Origin: Balanoglossus misakiensis
Taxonomy: Eukaryota > Animalia > Hemichordata
NCBI GenBank assembly: GCA_040954595.2
Contig: CM082580.2
Location: 8,968,390-9,032,389, forward strand
Direction of reading: 5' to 3'
Length of the DNA: 64,000 nucleotides
Shown: positions 45,083 to 58,104 of the stretch, one piece after another
How the letters are laid out: every line of letters begins with the position of its first letter
How positions within the stretch are numbered: the first letter of the stretch is position 1
The notes under the pieces: model-generated
Seen by the model: only the letters and a program-made list of their open reading frames with translations
The model's database searches: none
What the model was told of the DNA's origin: nothing
Program-made: the position numbers and the translations under genes

Positions 45083-47056
45083 ATGACACTCGGGAAGAAC
45101 GGCTCGATGCTTCTATTCGGCGAGGCAAACGCTGATGACGATGATGATACGGGAGCAGAACCTCCCATTGTGTCGCTGATGTTTCTTCTGACAATATCGG
45201 GGATGATCTCCAACGTGTCTCTCTTGCTGGTCATGTTGAGTTCATCGTCGCTGCGAACGCCGTCGAACGTGCTGCTGATGAACGTCTGCCTGACAAGCCT
45301 GCTGCTCTGCGTTTCCATGTGTATTTCTCTGGACGCCATGTTGGCCCACCACGGCGGCGACGTGGCCGCGCTGGCGAGCAGAACGTGCATGGCGGACCGC
45401 TACATCGTCGTCCCCTGCTTCATCCAGTACTGGCTGACGTTCGCCTCCGTGGCCTTCTACCGAATGAAGAATCTGGACTCGCACAGCGTGATGCTGCGGC
45501 ACAAGACCAAAGTGGTGGTATTCGCGGTGACCATGTCCTGGTCTGTCTCCTACATCGTGGTGGGGATCAGCGACCTGGTCGGCGTGTTCTCGTGGAGTCA
45601 CGCGTACACGCGCTCGCCGGATTGTGTCGTGCGGGTGCACTATTTGCGCAACGAGAGCGCGGGGAGTTTTCAGAATTTCGTGGATAACAGGACGTCCTCG
45701 TTTCCGGACGTGGCCGACGTTGTGTTGTTCTTGTTCATCTGTCTCGCGATGATTTGTTCCTCCGTCATCATATTGCTCTCCTACTGTTCGATCTGTCGCG
45801 AGATGAAGAGGTTCCTGGCGATAGGCGGCATCGACACGGTGAAGGCGGTGAAAAGTGGTCCCGGGACGACGCAGGCGACGACGTCGTCAACCCAACTGTC
45901 GAACGGTGCGTGTTCGCCCACGAAAGAGTACAGGTCAGGAGGTAAGAACGGAGTTTACGACATCGGCGACATCGAGAACGTGCAGATCGGGAAATCGCTG
46001 TCGTACGGCAGTATCAGCCACGCGAGCTGCGAGACTTTCCAGGAGACGGGCACGGTGAACGTCAGCGAGGAAAACCTGCAGTGCATCGCCATGGGGAGTA
46101 TCTTGGAGCAGAGAACTTTCACGTCGAAGACCAGGCGGATGTCCCGCCGGATGTCGTTGTACAGCATCGACCACGTGATGAGCTGTCACGACTGTCGCAT
46201 GGGCGAGATCGTCGACCAGACCCGGGCCATTAGCGACGAGAGTCTCGAATGTCTCACCCTCGACGACGACGGCGGCGGGATTTACGGCAGGCGGGGGAAC
46301 GGCGTGACCGGCTACCGCAGCGCGGGACCGAGGAAGGCACGGCGGATGTCCAAGCGGTCTTCGACGATGACACTTCACGAGGCGGACACGAGCGCAGGAG
46401 TAGCCCCTCCGAATTTGAACAAAGCGAGAGCGAAAGAGGAGAATAAAAATGCAGACGTTCGAGAGAAGGTGACTGCGAGCGATAAGTCAAACAAGAGCAG
46501 TTTCGCCGAGAACGTCTTGACCGGTTTGGAGAAGGGCGGGAAATTGAATCAGTTATTTGCAGCCACCGAGGAGAGGTGGACGGACACACAACTCGACGAA
46601 CCGTCCGCTAAGCGAGTCGAAAACGGGGTACCACACACGAACGGCGCGTTACCAGAGGCAGAAACTTTAAGCTGTCCGCCGGAGGAAAATCCAAGCCAAG
46701 TCCGGAGACAGCCGACACCACAACGCAAGAGAGGAACGAAGAACCCGAACGCCTCGTCGTTCGGAACGAGACTTCGAATTTCCACCTACAGAAACGAAAA
46801 CTACATCGCCATGAAAAACGGGGTCGTCATGGTGATTATCTACCTCTTCCTTTCTTCGCCGCTCTTTGTTGTCCTCATCTACAATATCTGCGGCACTATG
46901 GCGACCGGTGAAAAACTGATGTTCTGGAGAGTAGCCAAGCTCGTCTTCTGCCTGAACGCGCCCGTTTATCCTCTCTGGTACCTCGTATTTGACAAGGGAG
47001 TCCGAAAGTGTATACGAGAAATGTTCTTTAAGCTTTTTAATATTCTAAGACATTAA
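45083..47056 (+). CDS. Intronless orphan rhodopsin-class (class A) GPCR with a very long third intracellular loop (657 aa)
   Basis: Single GC-rich ORF with seven hydrophobic segments. TM1 ISNVSLL; LRTPSNVLLMNV before TM2; TM3 Cys; TM4 Trp; ECL2 Cys; TM5 LLSYCSI; about 340 aa ICL3; TM6 LSSP; TM7 NAPVYPLWY; helix 8 DKGVRKCI. Confidence 0.88.
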   Translation: MTLGKNGSMLLFGEANADDDDDTGAEPPIVSLMFLLTISGMISNVSLLLVMLSSSSLRTPSNVLLMNVCLTSLLLCVSMCISLDAMLAHHGGDVAALASRTCMADRYIVVPCFIQYWLTFASVAFYRMKNLDSHSVMLRHKTKVVVFAVTMSWSVSYIVVGISDLVGVFSWSHAYTRSPDCVVRVHYLRNESAGSFQNFVDNRTSSFPDVADVVLFLFICLAMICSSVIILLSYCSICREMKRFLAIGGIDTVKAVKSGPGTTQATTSSTQLSNGACSPTKEYRSGGKNGVYDIGDIENVQIGKSLSYGSISHASCETFQETGTVNVSEENLQCIAMGSILEQRTFTSKTRRMSRRMSLYSIDHVMSCHDCRMGEIVDQTRAISDESLECLTLDDDGGGIYGRRGNGVTGYRSAGPRKARRMSKRSSTMTLHEADTSAGVAPPNLNKARAKEENKNADVREKVTASDKSNKSSFAENVLTGLEKGGKLNQLFAATEERWTDTQLDEPSAKRVENGVPHTNGALPEAETLSCPPEENPSQVRRQPTPQRKRGTKNPNASSFGTRLRISTYRNENYIAMKNGVVMVIIYLFLSSPLFVVLIYNICGTMATGEKLMFWRVAKLVFCLNAPVYPLWYLVFDKGVRKCIREMFFKLFNILRH

Positions 47057-47430
47057 TCACCGACCCACGCTCACTGAAACAGACACTCAAGCCAAAAGTC
47101 TCAACATCTATTGTTGGTAACCATGACAACCAGTGGCATGGAGAACGGCTAACTTGTATATCACAATCAGTATTTTGATGCCAAAGCTTTACATTTGTTC
47201 TGTATTTGCGTTTTCATAATTGTTAACAAACTGCAGCGAAGGTCATATATTGTTTTGTATGTCACAGAGGTAAGATTTAAAACGGATTCGTGTTAGTGGC
47301 CCAAACGAAAAAAATATCAGAAGATGTGATTTTAGTTAAAGATTCGATAAATTACATCAGCACGTCAAGGACGATTCCGTAACTATAAATACGCATGTAT
47401 GTATGTACTTATGTACGTACGTACGTACTC

Positions 47431-47590
47431 ATACATACATACATACATACATACATACATACATACATACATACATACATACATACATACATACATACAT
47501 ACATACATACATACATACATACATACATACATACATACATACATACATACATACATACATACATACATACATACATAGTTACATACATAC
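47431..47590. repeat. (ATAC)n microsatellite
   Basis: Direct reading; produces the spurious YVCM/HTYI ORFs. Confidence 0.95.
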
Positions 47591-50261
47591 AAGATTAGAG
47601 TTACAACCAACATTTGATTGGAATGTATTTTTACATGTTTTATAACAGTTTATAGTAAACAAGCGTCAACGGGTAATATGAAATGAGGTATATTTTCAGT
47701 ATTCATATAGGTTTTGCAAAGAAAATTCGTAAATAATATTTTTGTCGATATTTTAATAAGAAATTGGATTGTTGTCGTTCGTTTACGCCAGAATATGTCG
47801 CTTTACACAAATTGAAACTTGAAATATTGAGCGATTTGGCTTTAAGCCTTATTTAGGCGCATTCTGGAAAACTTACAACAGACACTGGATTTCAGGGAAA
47901 GGAATCATCTAGATAATTTATGGGGAAATCGTGAAAAGATGGCGCATGATAGATAATACAAAAGCTTCGGTCATATTATATGTCTCGCTGAAGATAATAA
48001 AGGAGTGAAGAGTTGGATTCTTTGCCGAGGGTTCTTGATCACGCTCCCCGTACTGTTTGTGAGTGTACAAATCGAGTAGGGACAGAGAGACACTTGAATT
48101 TTTCTCATTTAGACAAAGACAGAGACATATGTTTTTCAATTTATGTCCGTTGTCAGTTTCCTTGCCTGTGATTTATACTGAAGCGCTTTTCCTTAGTGTT
48201 ATTGGACCAGAAGATTAAAATAGTGACGAGCGCTTTAACGGTCAGCTGATCGGAGTGTGTCTCTTTAAGTTTGACGCGGAACATTTTCATCTATTCACAA
48301 TAACGTGAGCTTATGCCAGATGTAATATATTTTGAAGAGAAGATGGCGTGCGTAGAACAAGTGGGTCGTTTAATGTTGACGTCACCACGAATTTAACGTA
48401 ACATCCAGTTTGCGTTCATGCAGACTTTGACTCTGTTTGGCGGCACATCAACAGCAAACGACACAGAAGATGTTACGGTTGTGTACCCGATAAACTTGTC
48501 CAGTTGTCTTGCGCTTCATGCGTAACCGGCGTGACACGTGGGGACGCAAGTGCACCTGGAACTGCACATTTTACGAACAGTTGCCCCCCCCCCCACCACC
48601 GGGGTGACAACACGCGGCATTTGAAGCACCTCCACGTGCTCAGGCGCCACTTCTATCGGCAGCCTGTTGCCATAGCAATGTAACTCCACGAAGCTGTCGT
48701 GATTTAAAGCATATTCGTTTTCCCCAAGGAAATACGGTCGCCATGGTTTTAATTGGCCCAGCGCTGAGATAGCGCTCGCAACTAACACTCTCTTGTTCAA
48801 CAACCGATCTATCGCCCGGTCCAAAACGTCAAAATCACATGTTTCATATTGATTTCGCGTTGGACTTTTCACCCTTTGTATTTTAGTAATCTGCTTCATT
48901 AATTTATTTTTAAAAAGTGCACCACTTGTGTCAATTTGAGGGCTTGATCCTAACCCAACATACGTGCGATATTCCGCTGGTCCCGTCACAAAGTGTCAGA
49001 GGTGAAGTGCTAACAAATAACAAAATACAGACTAGTTAATTACCAATGCGTTAACGTTTGCAACGAACTCCAGTTCGGCAGATTATAGTTATATTTCCGG
49101 TGTTGCCTTTTAAAATTTGATTAGTACGAGTTCAGACAAGGTTCAGACGAGGATTATTTGCACTTCCGCCATCCCTCCCTGCTCGCATGTACAGTTTCAA
49201 TTTTCTTTGAAATGTCACCTCTGCTTCCTGTCAATGTTGTTTGCTTCAGACGCCCTGTTGATTTCCCCCGTCATAAAATCTGTCCTTAAAAACTGACACA
49301 TGTCTTGGTCACGGAAGCGGACAGAAAATAATGGATTTTTTCAACACCCAGAAGCTGCGGGCACACTGTCACCGACGAAAACGATACTGAGGTTCATATC
49401 ATAAGCTTTTATCTGTGTTGAATCTGACATGTAACCATTGAACGAAACTTCTGCTCTGGGCTAAACCGTGCGTGCTATGTTAGTTAACATGGCGCACACT
49501 GTTAGATGTAGTTTCATCATTACGAAGAGCCCCGCCTTTAGCCCTTGCTATTGTTACGATCATCATTTTATGTCCAAAAATGTATTTTAGCTGTTCCCAT
49601 GAGAACTGTTCATGGTAGTCCAATGGTTTGGGGAATATAAATTAATATAGCCGTCATCACTGTTTCGAACTACTTGATTTGTTTTCAACTTTTGATGCGT
49701 TGATAACGTCACCTAAGAGCTGATAGCATTGTAATTTGACATCGTTTCCCTCGTGACTAAGAAAGCTTCGCTCTCAGACTCTGCGTGATGATTTATCAGA
49801 CAAACAAACGCTCCGCTTTCGCGGCGAAGTTTCAATTATTGACAGAACAGCGTCAATCGCGGGGTAAGGTCACCCCTACAGGTGTGGGCTTTAATGAAAT
49901 CATGTGAAGATGCCTCATAATGAGGATGAACGACGCCGCACGGAGGCAAAATGCCCGTCCATTCAACGAAGACATCAATTGTCTCGCGATGTAGGTATAG
50001 GCCTACAGAGAGGCGATCAGTTCAAGGCGCGTGCATCATCTGCACAAAAGCTTTCCCGCTTCAACTAAAATTGCTAACCGAAGCACTGAACAATGACTTG
50101 GCGACCTAACTACGGAACTTTAAGACTACATTTACGTGCAAATTGCCGCGTGCTGTTTTATCACTGCGGCACGTCTGCGAGTATGACACAGTTATCACGT
50201 TTTCGCTTTGCTAATTAATGCAATTGAACCCTTGTCTGTATTCAATTTTTCACTGTTGCAT

Positions 50262-50412
50262 GCTCTTCTGTGGAACTTTTTCAATTCCAAGATATGCATC
50301 GTAGATCTTCTTCAAAATTTCAGATCTCATAGAAAATAACCCTTTCTCATATATAGAGAATAGACTCGATCGTATATTGCGATATTTCACCGACCTCTTG
50401 TAGTTCCATGCA
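50262..50412 (-). mobile_element. Degraded Ty3/Gypsy pol fragment (integrase zinc-binding region)
   Basis: SMRSEILKKIYDAYLGIEK resembles the Gypsy integrase H..H.G..K motif (R.EIL..IH..HLGIEK) with His-to-Tyr decay; preceded by AWNY. Confidence 0.5.
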
Positions 50413-53400
50413 AAAGTGATTGCATTCGTGGAGGTAGGTTCCATGTTGCATTCAAGTACACCAAGAGATAGCATGGATCCATTGAAAAGCAACTGCCATC
50501 AAATTATATCTGTGCAGACATGTTGGCGCGAGAAATATGCGGTCGTATGTTTTTTATTGCAGCCTTTGCAAGCTTATGATTTCTGTATTACCTTTTACAT
50601 AACATTCGAGTGACATTTTCTACTGGCGACTTGAATACGAAATAGGCGACCCGTATTCAACACCTGACAATATTCAAAATTGTATACCGAACGGGCGGTC
50701 CTGAAAAGCAACAAGTCTGTATAAGCTACGTGTGGACGTGTGGGCGTCACGTAAGCTGTGCGTCGTTGTGACTCCTTTTAAACACGAACGACCTGTAGCT
50801 GCCCAGAAAAACCTTGACCCACACTCACGCGTGTCAAAACCAGATTTTTTAGATGTACATGTAGCACAGTTATAGCAGCCAGTCGACAAACAAGACAAAT
50901 ATTCATTGAATTTCGAAAATAGTGAAGGAACTACTGCTCACTGATTGCATGTGAACACAGAGAATTCTTTGTAATGAGCAAATGTGCTCCCATTTTTGTT
51001 ATATGCCTGCCGGCTAGGCTCGCCACACAGCAAGCAAACCCATGCTAAATACACATCCTATCTAGTATAACCATACACACAGAAGCAAAAACACAGTATA
51101 TATTACACTAAAAGGCTCCTTCAGAAACGAGTTCGTACTGCAAGGTTTCCAGAACCCACATGGGAGACAGGGAACTTTGATATTGAACAAGAGTGACGTT
51201 TTCAATAAAATTTTAATGGGGTAATGTATGTAATTATCTCCTTAAAGCACGTATGGAATAAACCCTGTTGTCGTTTTTTTAGGCTGAATATCTACTCACA
51301 GGCGTGGGCTGTATTTACATGGGGTAGTGTGAAGCGAGGATGAGTAGTACTTGGGGGAAAAACAAGGAAAACGGATAGTTATGTGTCTTTCGAACGTCGG
51401 AACGGGATCCTGTAGTGTACGGATGACGGCGGAATCTTATGTCAAAGGACGCCGCGCCTGAATCCCCGTCACATGTAAACATAATCTTCTCAGTACATGG
51501 ATGATGGAAAACCCATTTTATATCCTCAATTTGAAAATAGTCACTGACGCTTACTCATGCATCAGCTTTCATAAATATGGGAGCTTGTTTTTGTTTCAGT
51601 TACAGCTATCCCTCTGTCTTCCGATCCTCTCCGGCTACCTGTCTGTCGATAGAGTGGCAGAGACACAGACAGAGAGAATGGCAAATGGTTAACACATATC
51701 AGACATGACGCAGTAGATCGCTCCAGGGTCTATGCCTTAACGTATCGGTTATTACTTTTTCAATACCCGTTTCGTATACGCAAAGTACTATTTCCTGTGT
51801 CGTATCTTTCGTCGCCAATTACGTCGCCCCCACCAGCGCACGGAACGGCGGCCAGTGTATGATGCAACAACCCTAGCCTTTCCCCAAACACAATCATAAG
51901 CTTAGCTTGAAACAAAGTCTCATCGTAAGCACCCATGACCATACAGCGTTGGTTGCTAGGAAACGAAGCGACGTCATGCAGCCGACGCATCAAGGAAATT
52001 CAATTTTTGTTTTTTTACTCAAGCCCCGATGGAGTGCCGTATTTCAATGTGACCAATCTCATAATCGATGAGTCGTGCATCCTTACAAAGGTATGCGAAC
52101 AGCGGTATAGATGATTACTGTCAGGAAATCTGACTGATGGCCAACTAAAACACTTTTTTCTCTCTCTATCGTGTTTTTTTCCTGAACCTGAGCCGTAAGC
52201 ATTTGATGAGATGTAGTCATTTGTACACGGTATTATAAACTGAATGTAAATTATATATCGACGGATAACAACAATCTCAGACAGTCATGCAGCCCTTTCC
52301 AAAATGACATAATGAGGCACGTAAGATGATGAGCGCACTATTAATCACTGTTCGTTAGTAGAAAACTCCAAACGGATCGACGACAAATAAACAAATCGGA
52401 TGTTTCATCTCCTACCCTTGAACCCAAACAGACATATGTTTTGTTGTTGTTGCAGTGTGTGAGGTATAAATCTAATCCAAAGTGATCGGGCGCCTCTCGG
52501 TCTCTCCATCCGTTTTTTTAAACAACGATGGAAAGACACAAACAAACCGTTGTAGAACTAGTGCCTCTATTAATTTTCTGCGACGACGATGTAATATAGT
52601 CACTGGCATATAAAGAAAATAGTCTCATGATAAACGATGGTAATACGCCTGAATTGATTTGATACATGTCTGGATTATCAGCGCAGTGGCCTCGACACAA
52701 TCACTGCAAGTATTTTTTTTTTGTCAGAGGGCGCTTTAACTCTCAGAAGACGTTGCAAACGCAGAACATCACTATGTTGAAAACCTTCCTTTCCCCCCTC
52801 CCGTTAATTTTGTCCAGGCCCTAAGTACTGTCTGGGTCATTCGGAGATCACACGTGAAATATATCTATAACGTTTGAAAGATCCCCGGCGTTACGTTTGA
52901 TTCCCGTGGAACACATCGGTGTTGATTGAGTATACCTGTAAGACTTCATAATGATGCTTTTGAAAAAGTTCTACGATTGCATAATATGTCCGTTGACAGG
53001 ATGCAAATCTTTTATGCATTTGAAGTGGCTCGTTAACCATTGTGCTGTAATGTAAGAAATACTTCCGTTTCAACAACAAGTTATCTACGAAGCAATTGTA
53101 ATGCTCAAGGATAAGAGGCCAGATTGAATGTAAATAAATGTATTCGACCTTCTCTTCACTCGGTGAGAAATACTACGTGGAGCATGGGTGCGGGAACTGG
53201 CTTTCTAAAGTATAGGCAAAGTTCGAATTATGCTGAAAAAGAGATCAACAGGTTGCACGTGATTTCATCCAACCCATTAACACTGAATCGGGGGAAAAAC
53301 AGTATGGCGCCCCCAAACAATGGAATTCTTGTAATAACTGGCATTGCGCCAAAACACGGTCGGTCCATCCACAAGCTTTTTCCTCTATATTAGAATTTAC

Positions 53401-55788
53401 CAAAGAAGTCAAATCGGTTTATAGCGTACCGAGTATGAATTAGTCTGACGGAGTTTGTGATTATGGAGACTGGGTCTGTTGCCGGTAATCCCGAAGAAAT
53501 CCAATTCCGGGGTCAAGCCAACTTTTGAAGTATGTGCATAGAAAGTTTTAAAAAAAATAATGCACTTTTGGCTCAGAGAATTGAATGACAGCGCCAGGGT
53601 GAGGTATTAAAACATGTATCCCGGTGGATGATTGTGGGGGGGGGGGGCGTAACATTGATATTGAATATTGGATAAAACGAGTGAATAGGTCTTTGTCATG
53701 TAATGAATTGCGACTTTAATTCTCCAATTATATTAACGAGAGCATATGGATTAATATAACGGAATATCAGGTCGAACATTGATAAGAAAAGTGCCCGTTT
53801 TAATGGGATTCGTGATTCCGTGTTCATGCGCAAACGTTTTACGCAGGAAAAATAATGAATCAAAGCAATGGCGTGTTAAATGAGAAAGGCTCCTTCTCAT
53901 TACCGACGGTGCAATACCTTGTAAGCGGATCTCGGGGATTGCTTTGCCATGGCGACCGGCATTGCGACATAGTCCCCGGAGGCCACAAACCGTTATCGAA
54001 CCTTGGTAATGATGTTCCCCCCTTACTTGATAGATGGACTTTGTGATCAGACATGCTATTCGTTCTTTCAAATACTACAACACCTGTTAATGGAGCAATG
54101 ACATTACCGCATTGACCCACTGTTATTCGAGAGAAAAGAAATCAAAGGACATTTATCACACCCTTTGTTCAATTCCAAAATACAAAATTATCACCAACAT
54201 TTTGCGGAAGGGAACAACTTCTTCTGAAATTACACATCAATATTCATTGCAAAAGCAATAGTACATTGAACGCCATATCTCCTATAATTATATCCACGAT
54301 CAATAACCGAGTAATCTAATCAACTTAGAGGTGCACTTTTCCCCAACACCCCAACGAGGTAAAGGCTATGGAACTTGAAAGTAGCAGGTCGTAGATCGTA
54401 AACTTGTAGAAAGTGCAGTTATAGGGTCGTTTAGTGTATTAGCATGTTTACTTCGCGTTTGTCTAATACATCTGGAGTTAACACAGAGATTGGCGGCCAT
54501 TTTGAATTTCAAATCTGTGTCGCGCAATGAAGACAACACGGAAACCCACACGTGCGCATTTTCATAAAGCTGTTTTTAAACGTCATAACTATGCATGAGG
54601 TTTATCGCACACCGGAAATTGTTTTTTATTTAATAGCGGAAGTGGGGGTCGAAACAATCGCGCGAGATATTAATTAGGTTATTTTATCAGGATAACTTGC
54701 TGTGGCCTGGCATCGACAAACAAAACGGAAAATATATGTCCCTGTGTGATCCTTTCTAGTCAAAAATACATGTAAATGAGTCCGTTACCGATGGTAAATT
54801 AATTGATAATTGTTTTGAAACCACACAAATGTTGGGAATATATTTTTTTATATTTTTAAATCACCCGCAAAAATATCGGCCAAAATGAAGTTATAAATTC
54901 AGCCACGGTCACGGTATATACGTATGCTGTATGGTGAATGATGTTTTACATCGAACTCATTGAAGTATTTTTCTTCATCATTGCACATTTATTATACCTA
55001 TTTAAATAGCTTGCTTTATTTAATACGGGCTTATAGATATTTTCCCGTAAACCAATTCAAGGTTGTGACTTGCATTATCCGATTAATTTCATTATTTTCT
55101 AGATGTTTTGTTCATGTGTCCTTATCCATAAAACCGCAAGTATGCATTTGATTGTAGGCGTCCTACCTCCGCGCATGCGTTCTCAAAAGGAAGGCTTTAT
55201 TCGTTGACGTCATACCACCACTTGACAATGTAAATATGCCCAACTTTACATACTTGATACGAGTAACGAAAACAGGTGACTACTTGCACGTGTGTCGGTG
55301 ATGACAAGCGATTTCTCACTGATCCCCGCCATCTGACATCGCGCATTAATCAACTACGACCGCTGTTCCATTATTTTGGAGGGACAGTCTGCCCAATGAT
55401 TGAGTCGGGAGGAAAATGTGGCGATAGCCCGTTTGGGACCACTGGTAATTGCTCTGCATACAGAGGCTCGCTCCAGTTTTCCCCCTGTTGAGCGTACTGC
55501 GAAAGCCCGCTGTGAATGTAGTATTGAAAGTATAATCGTTCGGCGTATATAGAAGCAGCGTTCCTTTGTAAGTGACGCTATCATAACGTATATCGTGGTC
55601 CTTACATCCTGATCTCTTCCGCTGTCATTTCTCATCATCGTGCCGCGGATTACCCAATTTCAAGCACCTGTCGGCTGGAGCCGTCAATGTTGACTGCATT
55701 CTGCCGTTTGTTTGCATCTGTCTACGCCTGGTTTTTAATCACGCGCAGTGCCATCTGATCTGGACAGGATCAACTTGTTCCACGGACA

Positions 55789-58012
55789 ATGTTGACGACG
55801 ACAATTCAACGATTCGTCTGGATGGCACTTTCCATATTTGTGCAAATATTGCTCCTCGGTGGTTTGAGAATGCACAGATCTGGAATATGCCAAGAGTTGG
55901 CCGCGGGTTCCCCGGTGGGCGCTTTCATGGCGACGCAAGCGTTAACACTTCGAGCGTTCAGCATTCAAGAGTGTAGGACTAAGTGCTTGCAAGATGACAA
56001 TTGTCTAACGATAGCGTATAACAGGCGCCAAAGTTTTTGCCAGCTGCTGAATTCCAGCATGGAAGACTTAACAGGTTCGACAAATGACTTTAAAATGGAC
56101 GGAGGGAGGTTCTTCCCCAGACCTTCAAAGGTAAACGTTCATGCATTTCTAATTAACGTGTGTTTAAGAACTCCAAACCTTAAAGTTGCATTTTGATTTT
56201 AAAATTCTTCTGTACAGGGGTGGTAGCTGTTTCGTCATTTTTGATCTTACTTATGAACAAGACCCATGGTAATCTTTTTCCAATATCTAAAGCGCTTTGA
56301 CATGTTCGGTTATTGGTTCGTCAGTATTGACAATCTACGAGTTACAGATATTTTTCAAATCAAATTTGTTTCTTAAGCTATGAAAAAATAGGACATCAAC
56401 TGACTGGCCGGTTCGATAGTTGCTCGTTATCTCGTAATTTCGTAAACATTTTGAAAAACAGAAAGAAGTATTCTGGTGGACAACACAGTAAGTGGGGTCG
56501 TGACAGACCAGGAAATGCGCACAGGAGGTTTTTGAGAGTTAAGTCAGTTTTCGTTTCTATTTCTGAGAGTATTATCGCGATAAATTTTAAACGTGCGGAG
56601 TAAGACGCCAATTAACGGCAATCGGGATTCAGGTGGTGGAGCAGCTCACTTGGGCTCCGTGCAGTGCAAATCTGTTCAGATCGAAATCACGCCAAGGAAA
56701 ACACATGACCGAGTGAGGTTTGGCAGGAAGTTCCTACTCATCGTTATTTAGAAGGTTGGAAGTCAACCGACCCTGCCTTGAGGTCAACGTAGAGTTTTTA
56801 ATTCCGCACTCCACAATACTAGCCATGCATACATGGTGTGTTCAGTGAGAGCTCTTTCGGTTTTATGATCGTAATGATTTTTCTGTGCGCATGAAGTCTC
56901 AGAAGGCGATTTATGCTAGGATGCCGCAATTTAATAACAGTAACATTTCTAGCGACCAATTAGGCTGGTGCGAACTTTTTTTCTGCGTGAATGAGATTAA
57001 GGCTGTTCGGCTTTACAGTCGAGGGTTTTAGTAGGTTCTTGACACTCGTCAACGGCTGACAGATCAGCAGCCAGCGTTCGGTGTACTTTCAGAATTCCCT
57101 CGTGCTAACAAAGCGGGTCTTGTAGTAATTGTACCATCTACAGAAAATGGACCCTGCCCGCAAAACATCCAGTTTCCAAAGTCAGACAAAAGGTGAAACA
57201 GTATAAGTTGCTGCTATATTAGAGAATATGTCGCGCAAACTAAAACATTATGAAGAAATACAGAGATACGCAGAGCACATTTTCAAGATTCAAGATTTGG
57301 TATTTTATGATTGGCCCAATATCCACTTGAAGCTTCAAGCGTCTTGTCGCTGAAAGACTTACAGCTATAGATCACGCAAGAGCAAAGCGCCTATTTTCTC
57401 GATATAAGGTATTAAATCCATATCCGCCCAGCAGTGATTTTTATTTAAAAACAGACGTGTACTGAATGATTTATGTTTGACAGACGCATTGCGGCAAACT
57501 TTTGAACCACAGATATTGAGTGGAATTTTTCACTACCAATATGTAGTCAAAAAGATCCAGATGGATTCTGGATGAAGGCGGGATGAGAGTAATTTAAATC
57601 ATGTTTTCTTTTCTTCAGAATAAATCTCTAATCTTGACTTGCGATGCCGGCGTAAACCTGTATATGTACTTAGCAGAAATATCGTTGTGTTTTTTTTAAT
57701 TTCCGTCCAAGACTTAACAAACGGGACAAACGCGAGTAGAAATGAATCACATGCATCGTTATGGCTACTGTCTATTGAACGAAAGTTGTGACATGTTTTT
57801 CGAAGGAGTGACGAATAACTCTACATTTCCCTTTCATATATACACTCTTGATTCCTCTGTCCCCAAGCAACGGTTGAAAATATATATTTGCGACAGCAAA
57901 GCCTTTGGCACATTTTATTAAGTGACGGAACTCTTACTGTGTTTGGATTTCTCTCTCTTTTTAGACGCAACACACATGTTAGTTATTTTGGTATTATTTA
58001 ATTTATCTAACA

Positions 58013-58104
<92 letters not shown>

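Noticed and set aside
45242-46785. Multiple overlapping ORFs on both strands inside the GPCR
   Set aside because: Alternative-frame shadows of a GC-rich coding exon.
47383-47645. YVCM/HTYI repeat ORFs
   Set aside because: Translation of the (ATAC)n microsatellite.
52024-52090. Exon-like segment with AG/GT borders upstream of the PAN-EGF gene
   Set aside because: No recognisable protein similarity or partner exon; it could be UTR or chance.
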